A stretch of DNA of 64,000 nucleotides from Gammaproteobacteria bacterium (GCA_965277715.1 OZ255836.1:2624001-2688000), one strand, 5' to 3'. Shown: positions 30,106-39,864, counted from the stretch's first letter. Numbers and translations are program-made. Notes: generated by a model not told the origin, from the letters alone.

Positions 30106-30256
30106 TGCTAACAATTGGTATCAGGCAAATTTGCCCTGATATTGGATATTATCCGGTAAATCAGGCAGATTTGCCTTGATAAGTAACAATTTACCAGAAT
30201 ACCAGGCAAGCTAAAGTTATAAAAGTTATCCACACTTGTAAGGAAATCAGGCAAAT
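30106..30256 (-). other. attI region of second integron platform
   Basis: Repeated tcaggcaRattt motifs ending in gataccaattGTTAGCA (minus strand), between intI fragment and cassette gene. Confidence 0.7.
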
Positions 30257-30445
30257 ATGTCAACTCCAACAAAGGACAAAAACTGCTTACAGAAGTGCGT
30301 AGCCTCATAAGACGCCTTCATTATTCTATTTATACCGAGCGCGCTTACTGTGGCTGCGACCACGCAAAACCAGGCATTTAATGCCTTAGTTTTTTATATA
30401 CCCGTGTATTGAAATGCCCACTGGAAAATGTGGATACCATTCGTT
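30257..30445 (+). pseudogene. Truncated, frameshifted integron integrase (second type)
   Basis: MSTPTKDK/KLLTEVRSLIRRLHYSIYTERAYC ... ATTQNQAFNALVF/YTRVLKCPLENVDTIR. Confidence 0.8.
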
Positions 30446-30465
30446 TTACGGCCTTGTTGTGGGCC

Positions 30466-30562
30466 AATTCGTCATGTTCCAGAAAACCTCGGCGTTCCAG
30501 AAACCTCGCTACGCGCTGGCTGATCCGATGCACCAGTTCAACCCATTCTTCTTTTGTTGGCG
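30466..30562 (-). pseudogene. Short internal fragment of IS91/ISCR-like transposase
   Basis: Manual translation PTKEEWVELVHRISQRVARFLERRGFLEHDE. Confidence 0.55.
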
Positions 30563-30718
30563 TGTATCGACAGGCGACTAAACAATAGCAACCGCCGCCC
30601 GCATTCCTTCCAAGATCGCCTCTTCTGCGGTGCGCGGTGACAGGCAGTCACCCGCCAGGTACACCGCGCAATCTAAGCCGTGCACTGCCCGTTCAAGCGC
30701 GGTGTCTGCCACGTGCCC
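30560..30718 (-). pseudogene. Second duplicated 3' fragment of NADH:flavin oxidoreductase gene
   Basis: Near-identical to 32525-32665; its downstream flank matches the 3.3-kb copy. Confidence 0.9.
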
Positions 30719-30740
30719 GGTAAGTGAAAGGGGTCAAGTT

Positions 30741-31773
30741 AAAGGGGTCAGGCGAGTTATTTACTATTTAACTGATTTTCAATTTGATGCATCACCTCTT
30801 TAAGTTCCCCCTTGTCTAGCGCCTTCTTGACGTAAGCTATTGCACTCGACACACCACCAGGGTGACTTAACCCAAAATGTTGAGTAATCGCCTTTAACGA
30901 CATATCACCAAACCGCTGGCAGTAGTACATGGCCAATTTGCGGGGAATGTTCGCGCTACCTCCCTTACCTTGACTATCCAAAACACTGCCTTCACTCACT
31001 CGGCAACAATTTGCCACCGTTTTTACTATCACACTGCTGGCTACCTTTTCCCGCAATTGTGACCGCACATCAACGCCATTCTGGCTTTCTTTGTACTCGG
31101 CCAACTGTGAGCGGAACACCTTATCACCTAACACCGTCGATAGGTTATTTTTGCCGTAAAAGCGCTGTATATCCTCATCAACCCCTTGGTCTACATAGTC
31201 TGTGTAACGTTGACAGTCGTTTTTCACCGGTAAACAGGCATAAACACGATCACGACACAACCAAGCAGGGCTCAATGCTTTTCCTATGTAAGCCGGGTAA
31301 CTAGACCAGGGATAGTTCTTTAGCGATTGAACCAGAGGTCGTTTAGTCTCAATGGGGTTTCTATGTATATAGCGAGACAGGGGTAATAGATACGCATCTT
31401 CATCGACATTGATGGCTTTAAATCGCCCTCTAAACTGAGGGCCATCCGTTTTTTTAAGGCGGTTATAACGCTGTGTATAGACCCCATCGATATGCTGCAT
31501 AATGCGACTGAGGTTGGCATCAGGTGTTTCCAGCAGTAGGTGGTAGTGATTGCCCATTAGGCAATAAGCGTGAATCACGGCGTGAAAACGCTCTGCGGCT
31601 TCGGTCAATGTGGCGAGAAACGCTTGGTAGTAAGCTTCGCTATGAAAAACTGTCTTACGCTCCCGACCACGGTTCATTATATGGTAGAAGGCGTTTTCAT
31701 ATTCTATGCGGTGAGGTCTTGGCATGGGGTGATATTGACATAATCTATGATAAATAACTAGCCTGACCCCTTT
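30741..31773 (-). mobile_element. Y1/RAYT-like transposase element, copy 2
   Basis: Same length and ends as copy 1; duplicated right end at 31779-31801. Confidence 0.8.
30757..31725 (-). CDS. Y1 (IS200/RAYT-like) HUH transposase with C-terminal DnaA-like HTH
   Basis: Differs from 28237-29205 at about 10 of 322 residues. Confidence 0.9.
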   Translation of the reverse strand: MPRPHRIEYENAFYHIMNRGRERKTVFHSEAYYQAFLATLTEAAERFHAVIHAYCLMGNHYHLLLETPDANLSRIMQHIDGVYTQRYNRLKKTDGPQFRGRFKAINVDEDAYLLPLSRYIHRNPIETKRPLVQSLKNYPWSSYPAYIGKALSPAWLCRDRVYACLPVKNDCQRYTDYVDQGVDEDIQRFYGKNNLSTVLGDKVFRSQLAEYKESQNGVDVRSQLREKVASSVIVKTVANCCRVSEGSVLDSQGKGGSANIPRKLAMYYCQRFGDMSLKAITQHFGLSHPGGVSSAIAYVKKALDKGELKEVMHQIENQLNSK

Positions 31774-31827
31774 TCCTTTAAATAACTAGCCTGACCCCTT
31801 TTCCTTTCTTTTCCTTATGGCGAGCAT

Positions 31828-32193
31828 TCAGCTTTTTGTTGTAGCAACGGACGCCACCTGGCAGTTAAAGTAACGACAAAACTCATGCGACAGATGGGTA
31901 AACACTTCATCTGTTAAACGACCATATTTCTTTATTATTACAGTTTTTGAAACAACGAAAGTTTTTCTTAGCATAAGTTTGGATATTTTGGGTATTTCGC
32001 CGGTTAAAAATGCCGTGTTATCAAGAATAAATTCGTCTTCATATATTTGATGCGTTCGGCTGCTGATAGCAATGCCGATAAAATCATCATAGGGAAGGTT
32101 ATCTTTGAAAACTAGAACAGGCCGCTTTTTACTGGCTCTGGTGTCGCTGAAATAAAACTCACATAATACGACATCAGCTATGTTTACTTCCAT
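31828..32193 (-). CDS. PemK/MazF-family toxin
   Basis: DVVLCEFYFSD...KKRPVLV...AISS; overlaps upstream small gene. Confidence 0.8.
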   Translation of the reverse strand: MEVNIADVVLCEFYFSDTRASKKRPVLVFKDNLPYDDFIGIAISSRTHQIYEDEFILDNTAFLTGEIPKISKLMLRKTFVVSKTVIIKKYGRLTDEVFTHLSHEFCRYFNCQVASVATTKS

Positions 32194-32408
32194 ATATCAT
32201 CTTCTTCGTTGTCCAGCCAGTGCTCAATTGTGCCCGCACTATGGTTTGAGTAAGCGATGATATCGGATACATCCGCTTCAGATACTTGGTTATCCTGTGC
32301 ACAGCGTTGCCTTATAAAAAGAAAAAAATCATACACTTCTCGCTGTGCCTGTTCAGGCAGTGCTTGCCATTCCAGCTCTTTAATAGCCCGCATTAGTATG
32401 CCCGCCAA
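32184..32408 (-). CDS. Putative antitoxin (DUF2281-like)
   Basis: LPEQAQREVYDFFLF; acidic C-terminus EEDDIWK; coupled to toxin. Confidence 0.7.
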   Translation of the reverse strand: MAGILMRAIKELEWQALPEQAQREVYDFFLFIRQRCAQDNQVSEADVSDIIAYSNHSAGTIEHWLDNEEDDIWK

Positions 32409-32480
32409 ATAGGTTAAACGCTATGATAGCGTAAATTTTTACAGCGGCAATAGCTCTCGGCAAGCCATTCCCCCAACCAC

Positions 32481-32514
32481 GGTGTAGAGCGTGTGACGTT
32501 TTTCTGGCATGTGT
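32481..32514. repeat. 34-bp direct repeat, right boundary of island
   Basis: Matches 2284-2317; encodes MPEKRHTLYT, then diverges. Confidence 0.85.
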
Positions 32515-32524
32515 CTACAAACGT

Positions 32525-34498
32525 CTAAACAATAGCAACAGCCGCCCGCATTCCTTCCAAGATCGCCTCTTCTGCGGTGCGCGGTGACAGGCAGTCACCC
32601 GCCAGGTACACCGCGCAATCTAAGCCGTGCACTGCCCGTTCAAGCGCGGTGTCTGCCACGTGCCCCAGGGAGGTTACCAGGGTATCGACACCCTCACAGA
32701 TTACCGGCTCATCGCTGGTGGTGTTTTGCAGGTATACGGTCTCTTCATCCGCCGCGCATAAACGCACGTAGGGGATAATCTCGACACCGAGCCTGTGCAA
32801 GGTGCCCAGCCATTGAAAACGTATATACATCGGGACGTTTTCACCGGCGGTGCTGCCATTCACGGCGAGGCGTACATGGCAGCCATCACGGGCCAGCTTT
32901 TCTGCCACGCCGAGGCCAATCCAGTCACAGCGCCAGTCGGCGATTACCACGCGCTGGCCGGTTTTTGCTTTCCCCTGTAATAAATCCCACACATCGACGC
33001 AATGGCTGTCAGCAAACGCATCGCCGCTAACGGTGCGCGGTTGTGCGCCTGTGGCGATAATCAAGGCATCGGCAGACAGGGTGCCAAGCCACTCACGTGT
33101 AACGGGTGTATTGAGCGTGACGCCCACCCCGTAACGCGCAATTTCATTTTCCAGGTTAGTGATTAGGCCACCAAATTCGGCGCGGCCCGGTAGCTGTTGT
33201 GCCAGTAGTGCTTGCCCACCCAGCCGGGCGCCGGATTCGTACAGGTTAACGCGGTGGCCGCGCTGCGCGGCGATGACCGCTGCCTTCATGCCCGCCGGGC
33301 CGCCCCCGGCAACCACGATGTTTTTAGGGTGGCTCGCGGGTGTCAACGACTGCCATTGGCGCTCGCGACCCGCTACCGGGTTTTGGATACACGACACCGG
33401 CAGGCCACTGTGCATATGGCCGATACACGCCTGGTTGCAGCCGATGCAGGCGCGCACGCTGTCGAGCTTGCCCGCCTGGGTTTTATTCGGCATATCCGGG
33501 TCGCTGATTAAGGCACGCGTCATGCCACATAAATCGGCCTGCCCGCTGCGCAATACGCGCTCGGCGTCCTGTGGTTGGTTGATGCGGCCAACCACCAGCA
33601 CCGGGCAGCGCACTTTGCTTTTTACCAGGGCGGCCAGGGGTGCGGTGTACGCCACGTCAATAGTCATGGGGGGAACTACATGCACCGAACCCGTTAAACC
33701 GGCCATGGAGCCAGCGGTGATATTGAAATAGTCAAAGTCGCCACCTTGATCCAGTGCCACCAGGGCATCGACAACGGCATCTGCCCGCAAGCCGTCGTGC
33801 TGCATTTCATCGGCGGAGATACGCAAGCCCAGTACCCAGCCGGGGGCGGTCTTGGCGCGAATGTTGGCGGCGATTTCGCGGATAAACCGCAGCCTGTTTG
33901 CATCGCTGCCACCGTATTCATCCTCGCGCCGGTTTACTGCCGGGTTGAGAAACTGTGCCGCCAGCAAGCCGTGGCTGGCGAGCACTTCGACGCCATCCAG
34001 CCCGGCCTGGTACATTCTCGACGCGGCATCACCGTAGCTGTCGATCAGCTCGCGCACCATCGCCCGTGGCAACTGGCGCGGTTGATTGTGGAAGCGCTCA
34101 TCCGGTGTATCGCTGGCGGATAAGGTCACCGGCAGGCTGCCGTCGCGTGAACCACCCAGTACCCGGCCAGGGTGGCTGACCTGGCCGAACAAGCTGGCAC
34201 CGTGTGCGTGCACGGCGTCGGCGATACTCCGGTAACCGGCAATGCAGTCGTCACGCGAGGCATCGACGATGCTACCAGCGGTAACCGCAGAGGCGTGCAC
34301 ACGCGCCGACTCCATAATAATCAGCCCGGCACCCCCCGCTGCCCGCGCCTGGTGATAAGCCAGCATTTGCCCGCCGGGCACGCCCGCGCTCGCCATCATG
34401 GTCATGTGCCCGGTGGAGACGATACGGTTGCGCAGCGCCAGTGTGCGCAAGGTGAGCGGGGCAAATAAATGCGGAAACTGTGTCGTCATAAACTCCAC
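32525..34498 (-). CDS. NADH:flavin oxidoreductase (OYE TIM barrel + Fe-S + FAD domain)
   Basis: LRNRIV, N.REDEYGGS..NR.R, CIGCNQAC..., VAGGGPAG. Confidence 0.9.
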   Translation of the reverse strand: MEFMTTQFPHLFAPLTLRTLALRNRIVSTGHMTMMASAGVPGGQMLAYHQARAAGGAGLIIMESARVHASAVTAGSIVDASRDDCIAGYRSIADAVHAHGASLFGQVSHPGRVLGGSRDGSLPVTLSASDTPDERFHNQPRQLPRAMVRELIDSYGDAASRMYQAGLDGVEVLASHGLLAAQFLNPAVNRREDEYGGSDANRLRFIREIAANIRAKTAPGWVLGLRISADEMQHDGLRADAVVDALVALDQGGDFDYFNITAGSMAGLTGSVHVVPPMTIDVAYTAPLAALVKSKVRCPVLVVGRINQPQDAERVLRSGQADLCGMTRALISDPDMPNKTQAGKLDSVRACIGCNQACIGHMHSGLPVSCIQNPVAGRERQWQSLTPASHPKNIVVAGGGPAGMKAAVIAAQRGHRVNLYESGARLGGQALLAQQLPGRAEFGGLITNLENEIARYGVGVTLNTPVTREWLGTLSADALIIATGAQPRTVSGDAFADSHCVDVWDLLQGKAKTGQRVVIADWRCDWIGLGVAEKLARDGCHVRLAVNGSTAGENVPMYIRFQWLGTLHRLGVEIIPYVRLCAADEETVYLQNTTSDEPVICEGVDTLVTSLGHVADTALERAVHGLDCAVYLAGDCLSPRTAEEAILEGMRAAVAIV

Positions 34499-34558
34499 TC
34501 TCTAAGTGTGACGGCTGTTTTCCTGACGATAAACGTGTCGTCAGTGGCGTATAGCACT

Positions 34559-34576
34559 TTGTTACAAATTGTTACA
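34559..34576. promoter_or_regulatory. OmpR/CpxR-type tandem binding site
   Basis: ttgttaca-aa-ttgttaca direct repeat with 10-bp period upstream of spy-like gene and two-component system. Confidence 0.55.
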
Positions 34577-34659
34577 CACCGTTAACCGGGCGAAAAGATT
34601 AAACGTATTTGCACCGGCACAATACACACACATTCAATCAACCCAACGGAGACAAATCC

Positions 34660-35133
34660 ATGAATGATGTCAACAATAAAATGCCGCGCAACAAGAAAAT
34701 CACCCTGATTGTCGGCGGGGTAATCCTGCTTGGCTCTCTCGCCGCTTTTGCCGGTGGTAAAGCGTACCGGCACCACGGGGGCCACGGCAGCTATATGCTC
34801 GAACATGTCAGCGATGATCTCAAGCTCGATAACGCACAGCGCGCCCAGCTCGAATCACTGGGCAGTGCGTTAATACAGGCAAAACAGACGCTGCGCAATG
34901 GCGATGCCCTGACCTCAGTGCTGGCGTCGATTCAGGGCGAGGCACTCGATCAATCCGCACTGACGGCGTTGGTTGACAATAAGCTCAATGCAGCGCGGCA
35001 ACAGTCACCGCAGATTATCAGCGCCCTGGCGGGGTTTTACGATTCACTAAACTATGAACAACAGCAGCAGGCGCGGGCAAAGCTTGAGCGTATAGCCACG
35101 CGCATTAAATCACATGGCCACGACGATGATTAA
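34660..35133 (+). CDS. Spy/CpxP-family periplasmic protein
   Basis: Signal/TM segment, L.LD.AQRAQL and L..EQQ (LTxxQ-like) motifs; GGAG RBS. Confidence 0.75.
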   Translation: MNDVNNKMPRNKKITLIVGGVILLGSLAAFAGGKAYRHHGGHGSYMLEHVSDDLKLDNAQRAQLESLGSALIQAKQTLRNGDALTSVLASIQGEALDQSALTALVDNKLNAARQQSPQIISALAGFYDSLNYEQQQQARAKLERIATRIKSHGHDDD

Positions 35134-35260
35134 TTTAAGTTAACTGTGTATAGACAGTCTGCGGTGAGGGTGGGTCAGTGTGCCCACGCTTGCCGCAGCC
35201 CTTACCACGCTATTGGCAAAGGGGTTATTATGCAAATGCACACCGCTACCCACTTTCTGT

Positions 35261-35950
35261 ATGCACACTATCTTACTTATCGACGATGATGAAAAACTGG
35301 CCGATTTGCTGAGCCGGTATTTCAAGCAGCACAACCTGACGTTACACCACGCGGCAACCCCTTCGCAGGGGTTTTTGCTACTGGAGCAGAAGGCGGCGTT
35401 CGCGCTGGTTATTCTCGATATTATGTTGCCGGAAATGGATGGCTTTGAGGTGTGCCGCCGTTTGCGGCAGCACTGTCAGCTACCCATTTTGATGCTGACG
35501 GCGCGTGGTGAGGTGATGGACCGTATCGTCGGCCTGGAACTGGGGGCCGACGATTATATGGCCAAGCCATTCGAGCCTCGCGAGCTGGTGGCGCGGATTC
35601 ACCGTATTCTCAAACGCGCACAAACCACTGCGAAAACCGATGATAAAGCGGATAAACACCTGTCATTCGGTGCACTGACTATCGATACACAAAAACTGGA
35701 GGCGACATTGAACCAACAAGTGCTGCCCCTCAGTCACCTGGAATACCAGTTGCTGGCGCTGTTTGCGCGCAGGGTGGACACGGTGTTGAGCCGCGATGAT
35801 ATTTTAAATGCGCTCAAAGGCACAGAAGCCGATTTGTTTACCCGCTCGGTCGATATACTGGTCAGCCGTTTGCGGCAAAAGTTAAAGCCCGCCGACCCGA
35901 TAAAAACAGTGCGCAGCGCCGGTTACCGGTTTACCGGTGTGGTCACGTGA
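35261..35950 (+). CDS. OmpR-family response regulator
   Basis: ILLIDDD, LDIMLP, GADDY, KPF, RSVDILVSRLR. Confidence 0.93.
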   Translation: MHTILLIDDDEKLADLLSRYFKQHNLTLHHAATPSQGFLLLEQKAAFALVILDIMLPEMDGFEVCRRLRQHCQLPILMLTARGEVMDRIVGLELGADDYMAKPFEPRELVARIHRILKRAQTTAKTDDKADKHLSFGALTIDTQKLEATLNQQVLPLSHLEYQLLALFARRVDTVLSRDDILNALKGTEADLFTRSVDILVSRLRQKLKPADPIKTVRSAGYRFTGVVT

Positions 35951-37290
35951 TAAAGCGTTTGCTGTGGTGGTGGCCGCTGTTGTGGCGTGGCTTGACCATT
36001 AAGCTTATTTTGATTTACCTGGGTGTTATTCTGCTTGGCGTATTATTGGTTGGCGGCGCGATGCGCCACGCGTTCAGAGAGGGTTATCAGCACAATATCA
36101 AACCCCATCTCATCCACTATATCCACTATCTGCGTGAAGACCTTGGCGATCCGCCGGATAAGCTAAAAGCGCAACAATTGTCCGCCAAAATCCCGGTGGA
36201 AATCTATTTCCAAAGCAGTCAGGCACAATGGTCGACGACCGGGCGGGCCTACCCCGAGCTGGACGATATCGATTACTGGCGGCACCGCAAACACCGCTAC
36301 GGCAGCATAAAATTTGCCCACAACGAGGGCGATAATATCGCCATAATCACAGCGGATACGTACACACTCTTGTTTATCAGCCCAGATGGTGATGAGCACT
36401 GGCGGCCAATTATGTTGCTGCCGCTACTTATCGTCATCGCCGCATTTATCCTGCTCTACTACCTGACACAGCGGTTGTTCGCGCCGCTGCACATTATTCG
36501 CAAGGCGGTCAACGCCTTCGGTGGGGGCGACCTTGCACAGCGCCTGGCGATTACCCGCCGCGATGAGCTTGGCGATGTCGCGACCAGCTTCAACCACATG
36601 GCCGACCGCATACAAAATATGCTCGAATCCAAGCGTGCAATGCTATTGGCCATCAGCCATGAACTGCGCTCACCGCTGACCCGTGCAAAGCTCGCCGTGG
36701 CCATGCTCGACGATAAAAAGCAACGCGATGAAATTGAAGACGAACTGACCGAAATGGCGTCGCTGATTGGTGAGTTATTGGAAACCGAACGCCTCAACGC
36801 CGGCCACAGTGCGCTCAACCTTGAGCCGGTCGATATGATTGATTTACTCACAGCCAGTGTTGAGTCACTGGGCGCAGCGGTTCAATGCACACTGCCCACC
36901 GGCCCTCTCTGGTTGCAGGCCGATGCAGTCCGCCTGCGCCTGGTGATGAAAAACCTGCTGGAAAATGCCCTGAAATACACCCCGGCGGCGCAGCCGATAC
37001 CCGAAGTAGGTGTACGCCACGCAAACACACAGATTGAAATCGCCGTGCGCGACCACGGCCCCGGTATTGCCGCAGCGCACCTGGCCCATATTTGCGAACC
37101 CTTCTACCGTGTCGACCCGGCACGCCAGCGCGCCACTGGCGGCTACGGCTTGGGCTTGTATTTGTGCCGGGTTATTGTCGAGGCGCACCACGGCACATTG
37201 CGTGTGGCGAGCACGGTCGATCAGGGAACCTGTATTACGCTTTTACTGCCAGTGGCATCACCATCACGATTACTACAGGCATCGGCGTAG
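35947..37290 (+). CDS. HAMP sensor histidine kinase
   Basis: Two TMs, HAMP, SHELRSPL, NLLENA, DHGPG, GYGLGL. Confidence 0.93.
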   Translation: MIKRLLWWWPLLWRGLTIKLILIYLGVILLGVLLVGGAMRHAFREGYQHNIKPHLIHYIHYLREDLGDPPDKLKAQQLSAKIPVEIYFQSSQAQWSTTGRAYPELDDIDYWRHRKHRYGSIKFAHNEGDNIAIITADTYTLLFISPDGDEHWRPIMLLPLLIVIAAFILLYYLTQRLFAPLHIIRKAVNAFGGGDLAQRLAITRRDELGDVATSFNHMADRIQNMLESKRAMLLAISHELRSPLTRAKLAVAMLDDKKQRDEIEDELTEMASLIGELLETERLNAGHSALNLEPVDMIDLLTASVESLGAAVQCTLPTGPLWLQADAVRLRLVMKNLLENALKYTPAAQPIPEVGVRHANTQIEIAVRDHGPGIAAAHLAHICEPFYRVDPARQRATGGYGLGLYLCRVIVEAHHGTLRVASTVDQGTCITLLLPVASPSRLLQASA

Positions 37291-37432
37291 ATACTGGTCT
37301 CATCTAACGCAAATAGCTGGATCTATATCCCCTTACAGTGATCGGCCTACACTCGGTTGCATAGCCATTAATGGCATATAAGAACGCCCGTTCTGTACGG
37401 GTGATCATTTGATTTTTGTGAGGACAAACACC

Positions 37433-38815
37433 ATGGGTTACGATGTAAACGAATTTGACCGGGATGCGGTGGTCAGTGGCGATAAGGCGCACGTGTGGCA
37501 CCACCTGTCACAGCACAAAGCCTATGAAACCAATGACCCGATGGTGATTGTCGAGGGCAAGGGTATGCGCGTGTGGGACGCCAACGGCAGGGAGTATCTG
37601 GATGCGGTGTCCGGTGGTGTATGGACAGTGAATGTCGGCTATGGCCGCGCCAGCATCGCCAAGGTCGTGCACGATCAACTGCTGAAAATGAATTACTTCG
37701 CGGGTGTGCAGGGCAGTGTGCCCGGCGCCCTGTTCGCCAGTGCCCTGATCGACAAAATGCCCGGCATGAGCCGTGTTTACTATTCTAACTCCGGCTCTGA
37801 GGCCAACGAAAAAGGCTTTAAAATTGTCCGCCAGATCGCCGATCGCAAGCACGATGGCAAAAAGCACAAGGTGCTGTTTCGCGAGCGCGATTACCACGGC
37901 ACCACCATCACCGCGCTGAGTGCCACCGGCCAGCTCGAACGCAAAAAACAATACGGGCCTTTCACCCCCGGTTTTGTCGAAGTGCCCCACTGCTGTGAAT
38001 ACCGTTCACAATGGGGGGATGTCGACGATTACGGCGTGCGTGCCGCCAATGAAATCGAGCGGGTTATCCTCGAAGAAGACCCGGATACCATCGGCGCCCT
38101 GTGCCTTGAGCCGATCACGGCAGGTGGGGGCGTTATTACCCCGCCAGAAGGCTACTGGGAACGCGTGCAGGAAATTTGTAAAAAATACCAGATCCTGCTG
38201 CACATCGACGAAGTGGTTTGCGGTGTTGGCCGCACGGGCAAATGGTTTGGTTATCAACACTACGGCGTTAAGCCGGATATCGTCACCATGGCCAAGGGTG
38301 TCGCCTCGGGTTATGCCGCCATTTCCTGTACGGTGACCACCGAAGCGGTGTTTGATGAGTTTAAAGAAGATCCATCCGATCAAATGAGCTACTTCCGCGA
38401 CATCTCCACCTTTGGCGGTTGTACCGCTGGCCCGGCAGCGGCCTTGGAAAATATGCGCATTATCGAAGCGGAAAACCTGCTACAAAACGTCGTCGATCAA
38501 GGCGATTACCTGGCTGGTCGTTTGCTGGAATTGAAAGACAAGCACAGTATTATTGGCGATGTGCGCGGTAAAGGCTTATTCCAGGGTATCGAGCTGGTGA
38601 AAGACCGCACTACCAAGGTGCCGGTGGATGAGTCGGTTGCGATTAAGGTGGCCGCTGCGTGTTTGAGTCAGGGCGTGATGATTGGCCGTACCAACCGCAG
38701 CTTCCGCGATTTGAATAACACCCTGTGCCTTAGCCCGGCATTGATTTGTACCAATGACGATATCGATAACATTGTCGATGCGATCGATGTGGCGTTGGGT
38801 AGTGTGCAGGTCTGA
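37433..38815 (+). CDS. tpa: Class III aminotransferase, probable taurine--pyruvate aminotransferase
   Basis: HVWHHLSQH, DAVSGGVWTVNVGYGR, DEVVCG, TMAKGVASGY, RDISTFGGC. Confidence 0.72.
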   Translation: MGYDVNEFDRDAVVSGDKAHVWHHLSQHKAYETNDPMVIVEGKGMRVWDANGREYLDAVSGGVWTVNVGYGRASIAKVVHDQLLKMNYFAGVQGSVPGALFASALIDKMPGMSRVYYSNSGSEANEKGFKIVRQIADRKHDGKKHKVLFRERDYHGTTITALSATGQLERKKQYGPFTPGFVEVPHCCEYRSQWGDVDDYGVRAANEIERVILEEDPDTIGALCLEPITAGGGVITPPEGYWERVQEICKKYQILLHIDEVVCGVGRTGKWFGYQHYGVKPDIVTMAKGVASGYAAISCTVTTEAVFDEFKEDPSDQMSYFRDISTFGGCTAGPAAALENMRIIEAENLLQNVVDQGDYLAGRLLELKDKHSIIGDVRGKGLFQGIELVKDRTTKVPVDESVAIKVAAACLSQGVMIGRTNRSFRDLNNTLCLSPALICTNDDIDNIVDAIDVALGSVQV

Positions 38816-38856
38816 TGCCATTGAAGGAGAGTCGCTGCAATAGCGCGGGATAATGG

Positions 38857-38899
38857 CACCCCCACCCCCTCTTTGCTAAAGAGGGAGTGGGGGTGTTTA
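38857..38899. terminator. Intrinsic terminator between convergent tpa and rpoH
   Basis: cacccccaccccctcttt-gct-aaagagggagtgggggtg hairpin followed by T/A tract. Confidence 0.7.
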
Positions 38900-38902
38900 A
38901 GT

Positions 38903-39769
38903 TTAAGCGGCGAGAATATGCCCTTTAAGCTTTTTCATTGCATTTTTTTCAAGCTGGCGAATGCGCTCGGCGGAAACCTGATACTCATCGGCAAGCTCGT
39001 GTAATGTCGCTTTGCTGTCACTCAGCCAGCGGCGCTGGATGATTGTACGGCTGCGATCGTCGAGCTCTTCCAGTGCGCTGCCGAGATTAGTGTAGTCATT
39101 TTCACTCTGATCAGATGATTCCAGCAGGGCGGCGGGGTCTGGTTCGTGCGCACGCAAGTAGTTGGCCGGTGCGGAAACCAGCTCGCCCTCGTCACTGCCA
39201 ACCGGAAGATCGAATGAAGGGTCGCTGCACCACAGGCGGTTTTCCATCTCCATCACCGTTTCCCGTGCTACCCCAAGATCATCGGCCACGGCGTCTACCT
39301 CATCAGCGGTGAACCAGCCAAATGACTTTTTGGCGCTGCGCAGTTTGAAAAACAATTTGCGCTGCGCCTTGGTGGTGGCGACTTTGACAATGCGCCAGTT
39401 GCGAATCACAAATTCGTGAATCTCTGCACGAATCCAGTGCACCGCGAAGGAAATCAAGCGCACACCCACTTCCGGGTCGAAGCGCTTGACCGCTTTCATC
39501 AGGCCAATATTGCCCTCCTGCACCAGGTCAGACAGCGGCAGGCCATAACCGCCATAACTGCGGGCGATGTGTACCACAAAGCGTAGCTGCGACATAACCA
39601 GCTTTTTCGCCGCCTCCAGGTCACCCTTGTCACGCAGCCGAACAGCCAGGTCTTTTTCCTCTTCACTGCTGAGGAAGGGAATATCGGCAATTTGTTGTAA
39701 ATACCCGTTGAGGTCGCCCGTGGCTACCGGTAGGGAATAATGTTGATTGCTGGCAACTAATGCATTCAT
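38903..39769 (-). CDS. rpoH: RNA polymerase sigma-32 factor
   Basis: DLVQEGNIGLMKAV, RpoH box QRKLFFKLR, VSAERIRQLE; AGGAG RBS; downstream of ftsX. Confidence 0.96.
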   Translation of the reverse strand: MNALVASNQHYSLPVATGDLNGYLQQIADIPFLSSEEEKDLAVRLRDKGDLEAAKKLVMSQLRFVVHIARSYGGYGLPLSDLVQEGNIGLMKAVKRFDPEVGVRLISFAVHWIRAEIHEFVIRNWRIVKVATTKAQRKLFFKLRSAKKSFGWFTADEVDAVADDLGVARETVMEMENRLWCSDPSFDLPVGSDEGELVSAPANYLRAHEPDPAALLESSDQSENDYTNLGSALEELDDRSRTIIQRRWLSDSKATLHELADEYQVSAERIRQLEKNAMKKLKGHILAA

Positions 39770-39810
39770 AACATGCTCCTGCAGTGTGGTATAAGGTATT
39801 GTGAGTAATT

Positions 39811-39837
39811 TTAGCACTCATCACCTGAGAGTGCTAA
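39811..39837. promoter_or_regulatory. CIRCE element (HrcA operator)
   Basis: Perfect TTAGCACTC-N9-GAGTGCTAA. Confidence 0.95.
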
Positions 39838-39864
39838 TCAACCTGAAAGTTCTGTAATGAAACG

